The notes beneath the pieces were generated by a model. The model worked only from the letters and a program-made list of their open reading frames with translations. It had not been told where the DNA came from and ran no database searches. A DNA stretch of 64,000 nt, taken from the NCBI GenBank assembly GCA_964499635.1, contig CAZCLY010000011.1:97424-161423 (forward strand). The letters run 5' to 3'. Both the position numbers and the translations under genes were made by a program. Positions 27,879-36,715 of this stretch are shown piece by piece (within the stretch, counting starts at the first letter, position 1; each line of letters begins with the position of its first letter). This stretch comes from an uncultured Gemmatimonadota bacterium. Its GTDB lineage: Bacteria; Gemmatimonadota; Gemmatimonadetes; Palauibacterales; Palauibacteraceae.

Positions 27879-28412
27879 GTGAGCGAGCCGGCATGCAGTC
27901 GTGTGGGGAGCGGCCTCCCGATCCGCCGGCGCGGTGCGCCGGCCGTCCTCGTCGCGGTCCTCGCGGTGGGGTGGGGGTGTGGTCCCGGCCTCCGCTCCGA
28001 GTCCTTCGATGCGGCGCGGCAGGCCGCCATCTCCGACAGCGTCCGGGCGACGCTCGACGCCTTCGTCGCCACCATCGAGGCCGGCGACTGGGAGGCCTTG
28101 GGCGACTTCTACGCCGACGACGCGCGCTTTCGCTGGATGGAGGACGGCCGCGTGATGTACGATTCCCGACAGGCCGTCGTCCAGAGCCTCGTGGAGGTGG
28201 GCGGCTCGTTCACGCATGGGACCCTCGAGTACACGGACCTCGACGTCACGCCACTCGCCCCCGGCGTTGCGGCCTTCACGAGCCACTTCAAGCAGACCCT
28301 GATCGGGGCGAACGGTGGAGGGTTCAGCTTCTCGGGCGTCATCGGGGCGACGCTGGTCCATGCTCCCGAGGGGTGGAAGTTCCTGCTCGGGCACACGTCC
28401 ACCTCCCCGTAG
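27879..28412 (+). CDS. NTF2-like (SnoaL/DUF4440) lipoprotein
   Basis: VGWGC lipobox; GDWEALGDFYADD; C-terminal GWKFLLGHTS. Confidence 0.8.
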   Translation: MSEPACSRVGSGLPIRRRGAPAVLVAVLAVGWGCGPGLRSESFDAARQAAISDSVRATLDAFVATIEAGDWEALGDFYADDARFRWMEDGRVMYDSRQAVVQSLVEVGGSFTHGTLEYTDLDVTPLAPGVAAFTSHFKQTLIGANGGGFSFSGVIGATLVHAPEGWKFLLGHTSTSP

Positions 28413-28426
28413 CGGAGGGCTGACCG

Positions 28427-28921
28427 GTGGCGCGCATCCTGTTGCACGCGCTGGAGGCCGGACTCGCGCTCAGCGTCTACCTGGGCGTCGCGTTCGTCGG
28501 GTTGAGCCTGTTCAATCCGGAGTTGTGGCTGGGGGACTACCCACCCGACATCCGGAAGGCCTGGGGACCGATGAGCCCTGCCGCTCGCAGGCAGAAGTGG
28601 CTGCTGGGCGTTCCCGTGCTGGCCATCGGGCTCGCGTTCGTGGCCGTGGCGACCATCCAGGTGGCAGCGTTCGTGCCGCGACTCTCGTTCTTCGCCCTGT
28701 GGCTCCACACGGTGATCATGCTGTCGGTGTTCAACCTGGTCGACCTGCTCATCATCGACTGGCTCCTGTTCATCCGCATCCAGCCCGACTTCGTGGTGCT
28801 GCCAGGTACCGAGGGAATGGCGGGATACGCGGACTACGGCTTCCATTTCCGCGCGTTCTGCCTGGGGACGGGTGGGATCCTGATCTTCGCCGTCATCGTG
28901 GCGGCCCTCGCCAGTCTGTGA
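28427..28921 (+). CDS. Hypothetical 4-TM membrane protein
   Basis: DYPPDI, NLVDLLIIDW, VLPGTEG and YGFH; hydrophobic helices. Confidence 0.75.
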   Translation: MARILLHALEAGLALSVYLGVAFVGLSLFNPELWLGDYPPDIRKAWGPMSPAARRQKWLLGVPVLAIGLAFVAVATIQVAAFVPRLSFFALWLHTVIMLSVFNLVDLLIIDWLLFIRIQPDFVVLPGTEGMAGYADYGFHFRAFCLGTGGILIFAVIVAALASL

Positions 28922-29487
28922 TGCGAGTCGACGCGGGAGGCGCGGCGGGTCGTCGGGATGTCGAGATCCGTGCGCTCGAGCCGGGGGACTGGGGTCGGGT
29001 GGCCGACATCTACCGCGAGGGGTTGGCCACCGGAGACGCGACGTTCGAGACGGAGGTCCCCGCCCCGGAGGCCTGGGATCGGTCGCACCTCGCGTCCTGC
29101 CGTCTCGTCGCCTCGCGTGCCGGCCTCGTGGTCGGATGGGCGGCCCTCAGCCCGGTGTCGGAGCGCTGCGTGTACGGCGGCGTCGCGGAGGTCAGCGTGT
29201 ACGTGGCCGCGGTGGCGCGCGGACAGGGCGTCGGTCGCCGTCTGCTCGAAGCGCTCGTCGAGGCTTCGGAGCGCGCCGGGTTGTGGACGCTCCAGGCCGG
29301 CGTATTTCCCGAGAACGAGGCGAGCGTGAGTCTCCACGAGAAGGTCGGCTTCCGGGTCGTGGGACGCCGGGAGCGGCTCGGGAAGCTCGCCGGTCGGTGG
29401 CGCGACGTCCTCCTGCTCGAGCGCCGCAGTGACACGGTGGGCGCCGACCACCGGGCGGTACCGGCGGACACCCCTCGCGAGGCTTGA
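28921..29487 (+). CDS. GNAT N-acetyltransferase (phosphinothricin/YncA-like)
   Basis: ATFET, GWAALSPVS.R.VY.GVAEVSVYV, RGQGVG, FPENEAS..LH, GFR.VG and WRDV. Confidence 0.92.
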   Translation: MRVDAGGAAGRRDVEIRALEPGDWGRVADIYREGLATGDATFETEVPAPEAWDRSHLASCRLVASRAGLVVGWAALSPVSERCVYGGVAEVSVYVAAVARGQGVGRRLLEALVEASERAGLWTLQAGVFPENEASVSLHEKVGFRVVGRRERLGKLAGRWRDVLLLERRSDTVGADHRAVPADTPREA

Positions 29488-29512
29488 CGGGGAGGGATTT
29501 TGTGGCGATCAT
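29484..29512 (+). promoter_or_regulatory. Putative sigma70 promoter of the csp gene
   Basis: TTGACG-17 bp-GATCAT, about 220 nt upstream of csp; long leaders are typical of csp genes. Confidence 0.5.
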
Positions 29513-29730
29513 TTCCGCGTTCGAAAAAGTCGGGTGAGCCGGCGTGGAGTCGGGTACGAGTCAGGCGGGAACGTAGTCGATACGGGGGGCCTCACTCAGG
29601 GGTCGTCCGTTTTTTTGTGTCTCGCGGCGCGAGCCGCGACCCCGCGCGGGGGAGCCGCGCGTACAGTCACGCAGTCGGCAGGTGCGGATCATCCGAACTC
29701 CGACGGTGGACTACGAGAAGGAGCAGGTTG

Positions 29731-29940
29731 ATGCGTACCAGGGGTACCGTGAAGTGGTTCAACGACCAGAAGGGCTTCGGGTTCATCACGCCTGACGATG
29801 GCGGGAAGGACTGCTTCGTCCACCACAGCGCCATCCAGGCCGACGGCTTCCGTACCCTCAAGGAGGGCGAGGCCGTCGAGTTCGATGTCACCGAGGGCAC
29901 CAAGGGCCCCGCGGCGGAGAACGTCGTCCGGCTCGGCTGA
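29731..29940 (+). CDS. Cold-shock protein (CspA family)
   Basis: [22 protein letters not shown] and KGPAAENV; AAGGAG RBS. Confidence 0.97.
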   Translation: MRTRGTVKWFNDQKGFGFITPDDGGKDCFVHHSAIQADGFRTLKEGEAVEFDVTEGTKGPAAENVVRLG

Positions 29941-29967
29941 TCCGGCTCCGCCCGTAGTCGGCAGGAC

Positions 29968-30000
29968 AGGCCGCCCGGATGACCCCGGGCGGCCTTTTTT
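29968..30000 (+). terminator. Rho-independent terminator
   Basis: AGGCCGCCCGG-atgacc-CCGGGCGGCCT followed by a T-run, just after csp. Confidence 0.9.
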
Positions 30001-30061
30001 CCGCCAGCAGGCCATCCCGGGTGGTTCGCTCCCTCCGCCGCCGCCCCCTATGATGGGATCG

Positions 30062-30547
30062 ATGAATCCACCCCGGCCACGACGCTCTCGGCCCCGCCTG
30101 CGCGAGCGCCTCGCGCTCGGGCTTCCGTCGCCCATCCTGGTCCCGCTCATCGGGGCGTCGCTGGGTTGCGCGGCATGCGCGACGCCGGACGTGGGGAGCG
30201 TCCGCTCGGAGGTCGAGGCGGTGACGCGCCGCTGGGAGCGCTCGCTCGAGCAAGGCGATCCGGCGCGCGTCGTATCGGAGGTGTTCACGGAGGACGCGAT
30301 CCGGCTCCCGGCCGGCGAGCCGGTGGTGCGCGGTCGCGAGGCCATCTCGGCCGCTCTCGAGGGCTCCGCGGCCCTGACCGAGGCGCGCTTCCAGATCGAG
30401 GAGCTCGAGGTCGACGGCGACCTGGCGTTCGCCCGCGGCACGTACGCCGTCCGGACGCCGGACGGGCAGCGGCTCGCGGGCAAGTTCCTCGAGGTGTGGA
30501 AGCGGACCGACGCCGGGTGGCGCATCCACCGGGTGATGTGGGATTGA
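30062..30547 (+). CDS. DUF4440/NTF2-like lipoprotein
   Basis: FTEDAIRLP, VRGREAI, GDLAF.RG.Y and GKFLEVWKR...WRI; start uncertain. Confidence 0.82.
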   Translation: MNPPRPRRSRPRLRERLALGLPSPILVPLIGASLGCAACATPDVGSVRSEVEAVTRRWERSLEQGDPARVVSEVFTEDAIRLPAGEPVVRGREAISAALEGSAALTEARFQIEELEVDGDLAFARGTYAVRTPDGQRLAGKFLEVWKRTDAGWRIHRVMWD

Positions 30548-30602
30548 GAGCCCGTTGTGGACGGACCGTGGACCGCGGGCGGGCCCGCGTCCGGGGTGGC
30601 CC

Positions 30603-31556
30603 GTGACCGCCGCCCCCACGCTCGCCGACATCGAGGCCGCCCGCTCCCGTATCGCCGGGGCGGCGCTCCGGACCCCGCTGGTGCCGTTCGACGTGGGAGG
30701 GGGCCCGGACATCTGGCTCAAGCTCGAGAGCCTGCAGCCCATCGGGTCCTTCAAGATCCGAGGCTCCGCCAACGCGATAGGGCGTCGGCGGCTCGAGGAG
30801 CTCGCCGGTGGGGTGTGGACGGCGAGCGCGGGCAACATGGCACAGGGCGTCGCGTGGAACGCCCGGCGACTGGGAGTCCCGTGCTCGGTGGTCGTGCCCG
30901 ACACCGCGCCGCGGACCAAGCTCGAGGCGATCGAGCGTCTGGGCGCGAGCGTGGTCAGGACCTCGGTGGCCTCGTGGTTCGACGTGTTCCGCACCCGCCG
31001 TTTCGAGGGCATGCGGGGCCTGTTCGTCCACGCGTTCAACGACTCCGATGTGATGGCGGGAAACGGCACCATCGCACTCGAGATCCTCGAGGACCTCCCC
31101 GATGTGGAGGCGGTGGTGGTGCCGTTCGGGGGCGGGGGGCTCGCCTGCGGCATCGCGGCCGCCTTCCGCGCCCTGTCACCGCGGGTCGAGGTGTTCGCCT
31201 CGGAAGTGGAAGGTCAGGCACCCCTGGCCGCTTCGTTCGAGGCCGGGCATCCGGTCGAGATCGAGTACACCCCCACCTTCGTGGACGGGATCGGCGGGCC
31301 TCGGGTCGAGCCCGACATGTGGGAGCTGGCCGAGGCGTTGCTGGCCGGCTCGCTGGTCGTGAGCCTCGAGGAGACGGCGACGGCCGTCCGGCGTCTCGTG
31401 CAGGGCGCCCGGATCGTGGCCGAGGGGGCCGGCGCGTCCTCGCTGGCCGCGGGTCTGTCGGGCGTCCCTGGCGCGGGCAAGGTTGTGTGTGTGGTGTCTG
31501 GAGGGAATCTGGACGCGTCGCGTCTCCGGACGATCCTCGAGGGCGGAGTGCCCTGA
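30603..31556 (+). CDS. PLP-dependent threonine/serine dehydratase (or racemase) family
   Basis: KLESLQPIGSFKIRG, SAGNMAQG, PFGGGGL, EGAGA and VSGGN; no ACT domain. Confidence 0.92.
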   Translation: MTAAPTLADIEAARSRIAGAALRTPLVPFDVGGGPDIWLKLESLQPIGSFKIRGSANAIGRRRLEELAGGVWTASAGNMAQGVAWNARRLGVPCSVVVPDTAPRTKLEAIERLGASVVRTSVASWFDVFRTRRFEGMRGLFVHAFNDSDVMAGNGTIALEILEDLPDVEAVVVPFGGGGLACGIAAAFRALSPRVEVFASEVEGQAPLAASFEAGHPVEIEYTPTFVDGIGGPRVEPDMWELAEALLAGSLVVSLEETATAVRRLVQGARIVAEGAGASSLAAGLSGVPGAGKVVCVVSGGNLDASRLRTILEGGVP

Positions 31557-31601
31557 CCGGGAACCACGCGAGTTCCGGCGAAGCTCGAAGGGGAGGTGCC
31601 C

Positions 31602-32162
31602 GTGGTCACGATCGGCTCGTTGTGGCTCGCCATCCTGGTGGCGGCGGCCCTTGTGTTCGTGATGAGCTCCATCGTGTGGATGGTGCTGCCGCACCACAGG
31701 AGCGACTGGAAGGGGCTGCCCGACGAACCGTCGGTCCTGGCCGCGCTGGGGGACGTGCCCCCGGGGCAATACGACTTCCCGCATATGGCGTCGATGGAGG
31801 AGCTCAAGATGCCTGAGGTGAAGGCCCGCTTCGACAAGGGACCGGTGGGCTTCTTCACGGTTGCTCCTCCGGGAACGCCGAACATGGCGAAGAACCTCGG
31901 AATCTGGTTCGTCTTCACCCTGTGCGTGAGCGGGACGATCGCCTACGTCGCCAGCCGCGCCCTGCCACCCGGTACGCCATATCTGCGGGTGTTCCAGATC
32001 ACCGGCACCATCGCCTGGGCGGCCTACGGATTCGCGGCGGTCAGTGACGCCGTGTGGTTCGCGCGCCCGTGGAGGGCGGTCGTCAAGCAGCTCATCGACG
32101 CGTTGCTGTATGCCCTGGTGACGGCCGGCGCCTTCGGCTGGCTGTGGCCCGACATCCTGTGA
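31602..32162 (+). CDS. Conserved-looking membrane protein
   Basis: SSIVWMVLPHH..D and PPGQY.FP; several TM segments. Confidence 0.8.
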   Translation: MVTIGSLWLAILVAAALVFVMSSIVWMVLPHHRSDWKGLPDEPSVLAALGDVPPGQYDFPHMASMEELKMPEVKARFDKGPVGFFTVAPPGTPNMAKNLGIWFVFTLCVSGTIAYVASRALPPGTPYLRVFQITGTIAWAAYGFAAVSDAVWFARPWRAVVKQLIDALLYALVTAGAFGWLWPDIL

Positions 32163-32296
32163 GCCCGATCCGCGGGGCGGGACGAAGAATAGCCCGACGG
32201 CCGGGTACCTCTCAGCGGGTCCCCACGCCACGCGAGTGACGTGCCGGACGCGGCGCCGCGGGGCGTCGCCCTGTTCACGAACCGGAGGAGATCACG

Positions 32297-32521
32297 TTGG
32301 ACGCGCTCTTCGGATTCCTGTTTCTGCTCCTGATGTGCGGCATCGGGATCGGCGGCACCGTGTTCTGGATCTGGATGCTGGTCGACTGCGCCAAGAACGA
32401 GCCTCGCAAGGGGAACGACCGCCTCGTCTGGGTGCTCGTGATCGCGCTCACGCACTTCGTGGGCGCGCTCATCTACTACTTCGCGCGCAGACCGGAACGG
32501 ATTCGGGAGACCAGCGGGTGA
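32297..32521 (+). CDS. PLDc N-terminal domain small membrane protein
   Basis: FWIWMLVDC...WVLVI....VGALIYY; GGAGGAG RBS. Confidence 0.85.
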   Translation: MDALFGFLFLLLMCGIGIGGTVFWIWMLVDCAKNEPRKGNDRLVWVLVIALTHFVGALIYYFARRPERIRETSG

Positions 32522-35226
32522 CGCGCCTCCGCCGGATCGCGGCGCGGGCGGGGGCATCGCTCGCCCTCGGCGTCGCGCCTCTGGCGGCCCAGACCGTTCC
32601 GACCCCGGAATCGGTGCTCGGACACCGGATCGGCGAGGACTTCTACCTCGCCACCTACGAGGAGTCGATCGACTACTTTCAGCGGCTGGACGCGGCCTCG
32701 GACCGTCTCCAGCTGCGCGAGGTCGGTCGCACGTCGTTCGGACGTCCGGTGTACATCGCGCTCGTGTCGAGCGCGGCGAATCTCGCCAACCTCGACCGGC
32801 TGCGCTCCATCTGGCAGGCCCTCGCGCACCCCCGGAGCCTCGACGACGCCGAGGCCCACCGGCTCGCCACCGAGGGGAAGGCGCTCGTGTGGATCGATGG
32901 GGGTCTGCACGCGACCGAGGTGGCGCACGCTCAGCACACCCTCCAGCTCGCCTACGACCTGGTCACCGGGGACTCCGATCCCGAGATCGCGCGCATCCTG
33001 GACGACGTCGTCCTGCTCCTGTGGCCGTCGATCAACCCCGACGGCCAGACGCTCGTCGCGGACTGGTACCGCTCCAACGTCGGGACCCCCTACGAGACGG
33101 CGCCCGTCCCGTTTCTGTATCAGAAGTACATCGGGCACGACAACAACCGGGACGGCTACATGCTGGGCCAGATCGAGTCCCGCTACGTGACCCGCGTGGC
33201 GCGCGCCTGGGAGCCCCAGATCATCTACAACCACCACCAGAGCGCGCCTTTTCCGACCCGTATCTGGATCCCCCCGTTCGCCGAGCCGATCTCGCCCTTC
33301 GTCCACCCGCTCATGTGGAGAACGGTCAACCTGATCGGGATGGCCATGTCGACGGCGCTCGAGGAGCGCGGTCAGCGGGGCGCGACGCACATGGGCACCG
33401 GCTTCGATGACTGGTACCCGGGCTTCATCGATCATGCCAACAGCTTCCACAACGTGGCCTCGCTCCTGACCGAGACGGCGTTGTACCGGTACGCGACGCC
33501 CGGGTTCTACACCATCGACGACTTTCCCGATGGCTCCCGGGACCTGAGACCGCAGTCGCTGTACTCGAGCCCCTGGGAGGGGGGCTGGTGGCGGCTGCGG
33601 GACGCGGTGGACTACATGCTGACCGCCTCGACCTCGGTGCTGGACGTGGCGGCCAAATACAAGACCGATCTGCTCTACAACCGGTACCAGGCCGGGCGCG
33701 ACGTAATCGCGCACTACACGAGCAACCCGCCCTACGCGTACTTCATCCCCGAGCGGCAGCGCGACCCGGTCGCCGCCGTCGAGCTCCTGCGGCGGCTGGC
33801 GTTCAACGGGATCGAGGTCGACCAACTCACGGGCTCGGTCACCCAGGACGGCATCGAGCTCCCTATCGGGACGTGGGTCATTCGGATGGACCAGGAGTTC
33901 GCGAATTACGTGCGCCAGCTGTTCGACTTCCAGGATTATCCGGACCTGCGCGAGTATCCGGAGGGCCCGCCCGACCAGCCGTACGACATGGCGGGCTGGA
34001 CGCTGCCCGAGCAGATGGGCGTGCGCGTCATCGAAGCCTCGTCGCCGCTCGAAGACGAGGTCCTGGACGCGATGATGCCGGTGATCGGCAACGCCCTCCC
34101 GTGGGATGCCGACGTCGACGATGCCTCCCCGTTCGACTCGGCGCTCGGTGTGGGGTTCGATTCGAACCCGGTGGCGGCGGGGTTGCTCCCGCCCGGCGGC
34201 AACGTGACCGGGAGCGGCCCGGCGCTCCTCGTAGATCCGGGCCAGAACAACGCCTTCAAGGCGATCAATCGTGCCTGGGCCACCGGGGCCCGCGTGGCGT
34301 TCGTGCCGGGGGAGCCCGGCGAAGAGGGCGCCCCCGGCACGTCCGGGCACTACGCGATCAGTGGACTCGGCGACGCGAACCGGATGGTGCTCGAGCTGAC
34401 GCTTCAGGCCACCCGCGGGCCGGCCGGATCCGCGATCCGGCGACCTCGCATCGGGCTCTACCGACCCTACTCGCCCAGTATCGATGAGGGCTGGACGCGC
34501 TGGCTCCTGGAGCGGTTCGGGTTCGAGTTCGCCAGCCTCTACAATCCGGACGTGCTCACCGGCCGGCTCCGCGAGCGCTACGACGTCATCGTGCTCGCCG
34601 ACATGTCCTCCCGTCAGATGCTCGAAGGATTCGCGCCGGGATCCGTGCCGGGCCGGTACGCTGGCGGTCTGGGCGAGACGGGGGTCCGTGAGCTCGACCG
34701 CTTCGTCCGGGACGGCGGGACGCTCGTGTGCCTGAACGGCAGCTCCCGCTTCGCGATCGAACGCCTCCATCTGCCTGTGCGCGACGTGACACGCGGGCTC
34801 GCGCGGGACGAGTATTTTCAGAGCGGCTCGATCGTCGAGATGATCGTCGACCCGTCACACCCGGTGATGTCGGGGATGCCGGAGCGGGCGCGCGTCATCG
34901 TCGAGGGGAGCCCCGTGTTCACGACCGAGGAGGGCTTCGAGGGGGAGGTGATGGCCCGCTACGCGGACGAGGGCTCGCCGCTCGTGTCGGGCTACCTGCT
35001 GGGAGCCGAGCACGTCCGGGGCTACGCGGCGGCCGTCGACGTCCGACACGGCGACGGGCGCGTGCTCCTTCTCGGGATGCGGCCCCAGTGGCGTGGCCAG
35101 CCGTTCGGCAACTTCCGGATCCTGTTCAACGCCGCGCTGTACACTTCCGAGGTGGCATCTACCGCGCCCGCCAATCCGGGATTCTGGACGCGGCCGGACG
35201 CCGACGACGAGGCCGGAGGAGGATGA
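32518..35226 (+). CDS. Secreted M14 zinc carboxypeptidase with C-terminal GATase-like domain
   Basis: GLHATE, NPDG, HDNNRD, HHQ, PYDMAGWTLP and DEGWTRW; signal peptide ending LAAQ. Confidence 0.92.
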   Translation: MTRLRRIAARAGASLALGVAPLAAQTVPTPESVLGHRIGEDFYLATYEESIDYFQRLDAASDRLQLREVGRTSFGRPVYIALVSSAANLANLDRLRSIWQALAHPRSLDDAEAHRLATEGKALVWIDGGLHATEVAHAQHTLQLAYDLVTGDSDPEIARILDDVVLLLWPSINPDGQTLVADWYRSNVGTPYETAPVPFLYQKYIGHDNNRDGYMLGQIESRYVTRVARAWEPQIIYNHHQSAPFPTRIWIPPFAEPISPFVHPLMWRTVNLIGMAMSTALEERGQRGATHMGTGFDDWYPGFIDHANSFHNVASLLTETALYRYATPGFYTIDDFPDGSRDLRPQSLYSSPWEGGWWRLRDAVDYMLTASTSVLDVAAKYKTDLLYNRYQAGRDVIAHYTSNPPYAYFIPERQRDPVAAVELLRRLAFNGIEVDQLTGSVTQDGIELPIGTWVIRMDQEFANYVRQLFDFQDYPDLREYPEGPPDQPYDMAGWTLPEQMGVRVIEASSPLEDEVLDAMMPVIGNALPWDADVDDASPFDSALGVGFDSNPVAAGLLPPGGNVTGSGPALLVDPGQNNAFKAINRAWATGARVAFVPGEPGEEGAPGTSGHYAISGLGDANRMVLELTLQATRGPAGSAIRRPRIGLYRPYSPSIDEGWTRWLLERFGFEFASLYNPDVLTGRLRERYDVIVLADMSSRQMLEGFAPGSVPGRYAGGLGETGVRELDRFVRDGGTLVCLNGSSRFAIERLHLPVRDVTRGLARDEYFQSGSIVEMIVDPSHPVMSGMPERARVIVEGSPVFTTEEGFEGEVMARYADEGSPLVSGYLLGAEHVRGYAAAVDVRHGDGRVLLLGMRPQWRGQPFGNFRILFNAALYTSEVASTAPANPGFWTRPDADDEAGGG

Positions 35227-35233
35227 CGAGCCG

Positions 35234-35752
35234 GTGAGCAGGACGAAGCGGCGCCGCGGGAGCGCGCTCGGGTTCCGCGAGCGCGGGCGTCGGCCCGTGG
35301 TGCCCTGCGAAGTGTGCGAGCGACCGCTCGAGGATGGGCGCCTGTACGAGCTGGGTGGGGGCGCGGGGGGAACGCTCGTCATCCTGCGCGGGGTTCCCTG
35401 CCTCCTGTGTCCCACGGACGGTCATCCCCGGAAGTTCCGGACGAACGACTTCGCGGCCAAGCTGAGCGAGGCGGTGCTCTCGACCGGCGCGATCCCGCTG
35501 GCGCGCACGCGTCGCTGGAAGAAGCTCGTGTGCCATTCGTGCGGCCGGAAGCTCGGGGGTGAGGCGCTCCCACCAGATCCCGTGTCGGGGGACGTCACGG
35601 TGGACGGTGCCGGGTTCACGGTCGAGATCTTCGCGCCGCTCACGCGTTGCAGTCGGTGCGGCAGCGTACAGGTGCGCGCCGACCCGCGCGTGAGCCTCCA
35701 GATCACGCAGGCGCTCACGGCGGCGCTCGAGCGCGGAGGCCTGCGGCCATAG
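35234..35752 (+). CDS. Double zinc-ribbon protein (four CxxC)
   Basis: CEVC, CLLC, CHSC and CSRC; YgiT-like spacing repeated twice. Confidence 0.65.
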   Translation: MSRTKRRRGSALGFRERGRRPVVPCEVCERPLEDGRLYELGGGAGGTLVILRGVPCLLCPTDGHPRKFRTNDFAAKLSEAVLSTGAIPLARTRRWKKLVCHSCGRKLGGEALPPDPVSGDVTVDGAGFTVEIFAPLTRCSRCGSVQVRADPRVSLQITQALTAALERGGLRP

Positions 35753-36684
35753 CCGCCCCCACGTCGCGTCGTCGGAGGCGGATCGGGTGCTCGGGGATCC
35801 TCCTCCTCCTCATCTTCCTGTCGACGGCCGTCCTCGTCGTGTGGGCCTTCTGGTGGGAGCCGGGCCGTCTCGTCGTGCACCGCACGACGATCGACCTGCC
35901 GTCCTGGCCGGTGGGCGGGAGCACGCGGGTGGCCGTGATCGCCGACCTGCACGTCGGATCGCCGCGCAACGGCGTCGACAACCTGCGCCGCGTCGTGCGG
36001 CGCGTGAACCGGCTCGGGCCCGACCTCATCTTCGTCGCGGGCGATCTGGTGGTCGACAACGTGGTGGGCGGAACCTTCGTGTCCCCCGAAGTCATCGCGG
36101 ACGAGCTCGCCGCGCTCGCGGCCCCACAAGGTGTGTTCGCCGTGCTCGGCAACCACGACCGCTGGCTGTCGGCGGACCGGGTGCAGGCGGTCCTCGAGGG
36201 CGCCGGCATCGTCGTCGTGGAGAACCGCGGCGTGAGCGTCGAGCTCGCGAGGGGGAGCGTGTGGATCGCCGGGGCGAGCGACTACTGGACGGGACACCCC
36301 GATGTCCAGGCGGCGCTCGCCGGGGCCGCGGAGGACGAGCCGGTGATCCTGCTCACGCACAACCCGGACCTGTTCGCCGAGGTCCCGGGGCGGGTATCGC
36401 TCACGGTCGCCGGCCACACGCACGGCGGCCAGGTCATCCTCCCCTTCGTGGGCCGGGCCATCACGCCCTCCCGCTTCGGAGAGCGCTACGCCGCCGGGTA
36501 CGTGATCGAGGCGGGGCGCCAGCTGTTCGTGACCACCGGAATCGGGACGAGCCGGCTCGGTGTCCGGTTCCTGGTCCCTCCCGAGATCGCGCTCCTCACC
36601 CTCCGCCACGGGGAGCTTCCGGCGGACCGCGCCGCCCCGGCGCTGCCGCGCGGACCGACGGCGGCCGACAGCACGACGCCCTGA
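35749..36684 (+). CDS. Membrane-anchored metallophosphoesterase (YkuE-like)
   Basis: ADLH, AGD, LGNHD, LTHNP and GHTHGGQ; start uncertain. Confidence 0.9.
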   Translation: MAAPTSRRRRRIGCSGILLLLIFLSTAVLVVWAFWWEPGRLVVHRTTIDLPSWPVGGSTRVAVIADLHVGSPRNGVDNLRRVVRRVNRLGPDLIFVAGDLVVDNVVGGTFVSPEVIADELAALAAPQGVFAVLGNHDRWLSADRVQAVLEGAGIVVVENRGVSVELARGSVWIAGASDYWTGHPDVQAALAGAAEDEPVILLTHNPDLFAEVPGRVSLTVAGHTHGGQVILPFVGRAITPSRFGERYAAGYVIEAGRQLFVTTGIGTSRLGVRFLVPPEIALLTLRHGELPADRAAPALPRGPTAADSTTP

Positions 36685-36715
36685 GGCCCGAGCCGGCCAT
36701 CGGCGAGGCCGAGGC

